DNA from: Lepidodermella squamata
Taxonomy: Eukaryota; Animalia; Gastrotricha
Direction of reading: 5' to 3'
NCBI GenBank assembly: GCA_047495785.1
Contig: JBLDXI010000042.1
Span: forward strand, 2,232,001 to 2,296,000
DNA: 64,000 nucleotides
In this document: one piece after another, positions 63,996-64,000 of the stretch
Layout: each line of letters opens with the position of its first letter
Numbering within the stretch: position 1 is the stretch's first letter
Notes under the pieces: model-generated
The model's input: the letters and a program-made list of their open reading frames with translations, nothing else
Told to the model about the DNA's origin: nothing
The model's database searches: none
Position numbers and translations under genes: made by a program

Positions 63996-64000
63996 CTGTA

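Noticed and set aside
1-64000. CRISPR arrays, tRNA/rRNA genes or prokaryotic defence systems
   Set aside because: The DNA is intron-containing animal sequence. No regularly spaced repeats or recognisable structural RNA genes were seen by eye; tRNAscan/Infernal would be needed to exclude small RNAs.

Overview
Eukaryotic, invertebrate-animal-like genomic DNA. It has GT-AG introns, many only about 45-60 nt, abundant CpG and no prokaryotic features; the organism cannot be named from sequence alone. The left third (1-28 kb) is the unusual part. It opens with a 5'-truncated trypsin-type protease whose exons splice in frame into three CCP/sushi modules and probably an N-glycosylation-rich ankyrin domain. 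Next is a divergently oriented cluster of seven intronless genes for small secreted proteins with no cysteine in the mature region (four 'A' paralogs on -, three 'B' paralogs on +) that share an N-terminal [FY]xx[LM]xD[ILM]x[DE] motif. Then come an orphan disordered protein with RP[RC]NPTP repeats and CDK/RxL motifs, a neuropeptide-precursor-like gene, and two rhodopsin-class peptide-type GPCRs with enlarged extracellular regions. The remainder holds conserved genes: an E74/ELF-like ETS factor, CPT1, tectonic, a very tightly spaced ERLIN-VWA8-NDUFB5 run (possible trans-spliced operon), a delta-catenin/plakophilin-like ARM protein and the last exon of PPP1R7/Sds22. Several MITE-like inverted-repeat elements are present. 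All gene models were spliced by eye and no database searches were run.
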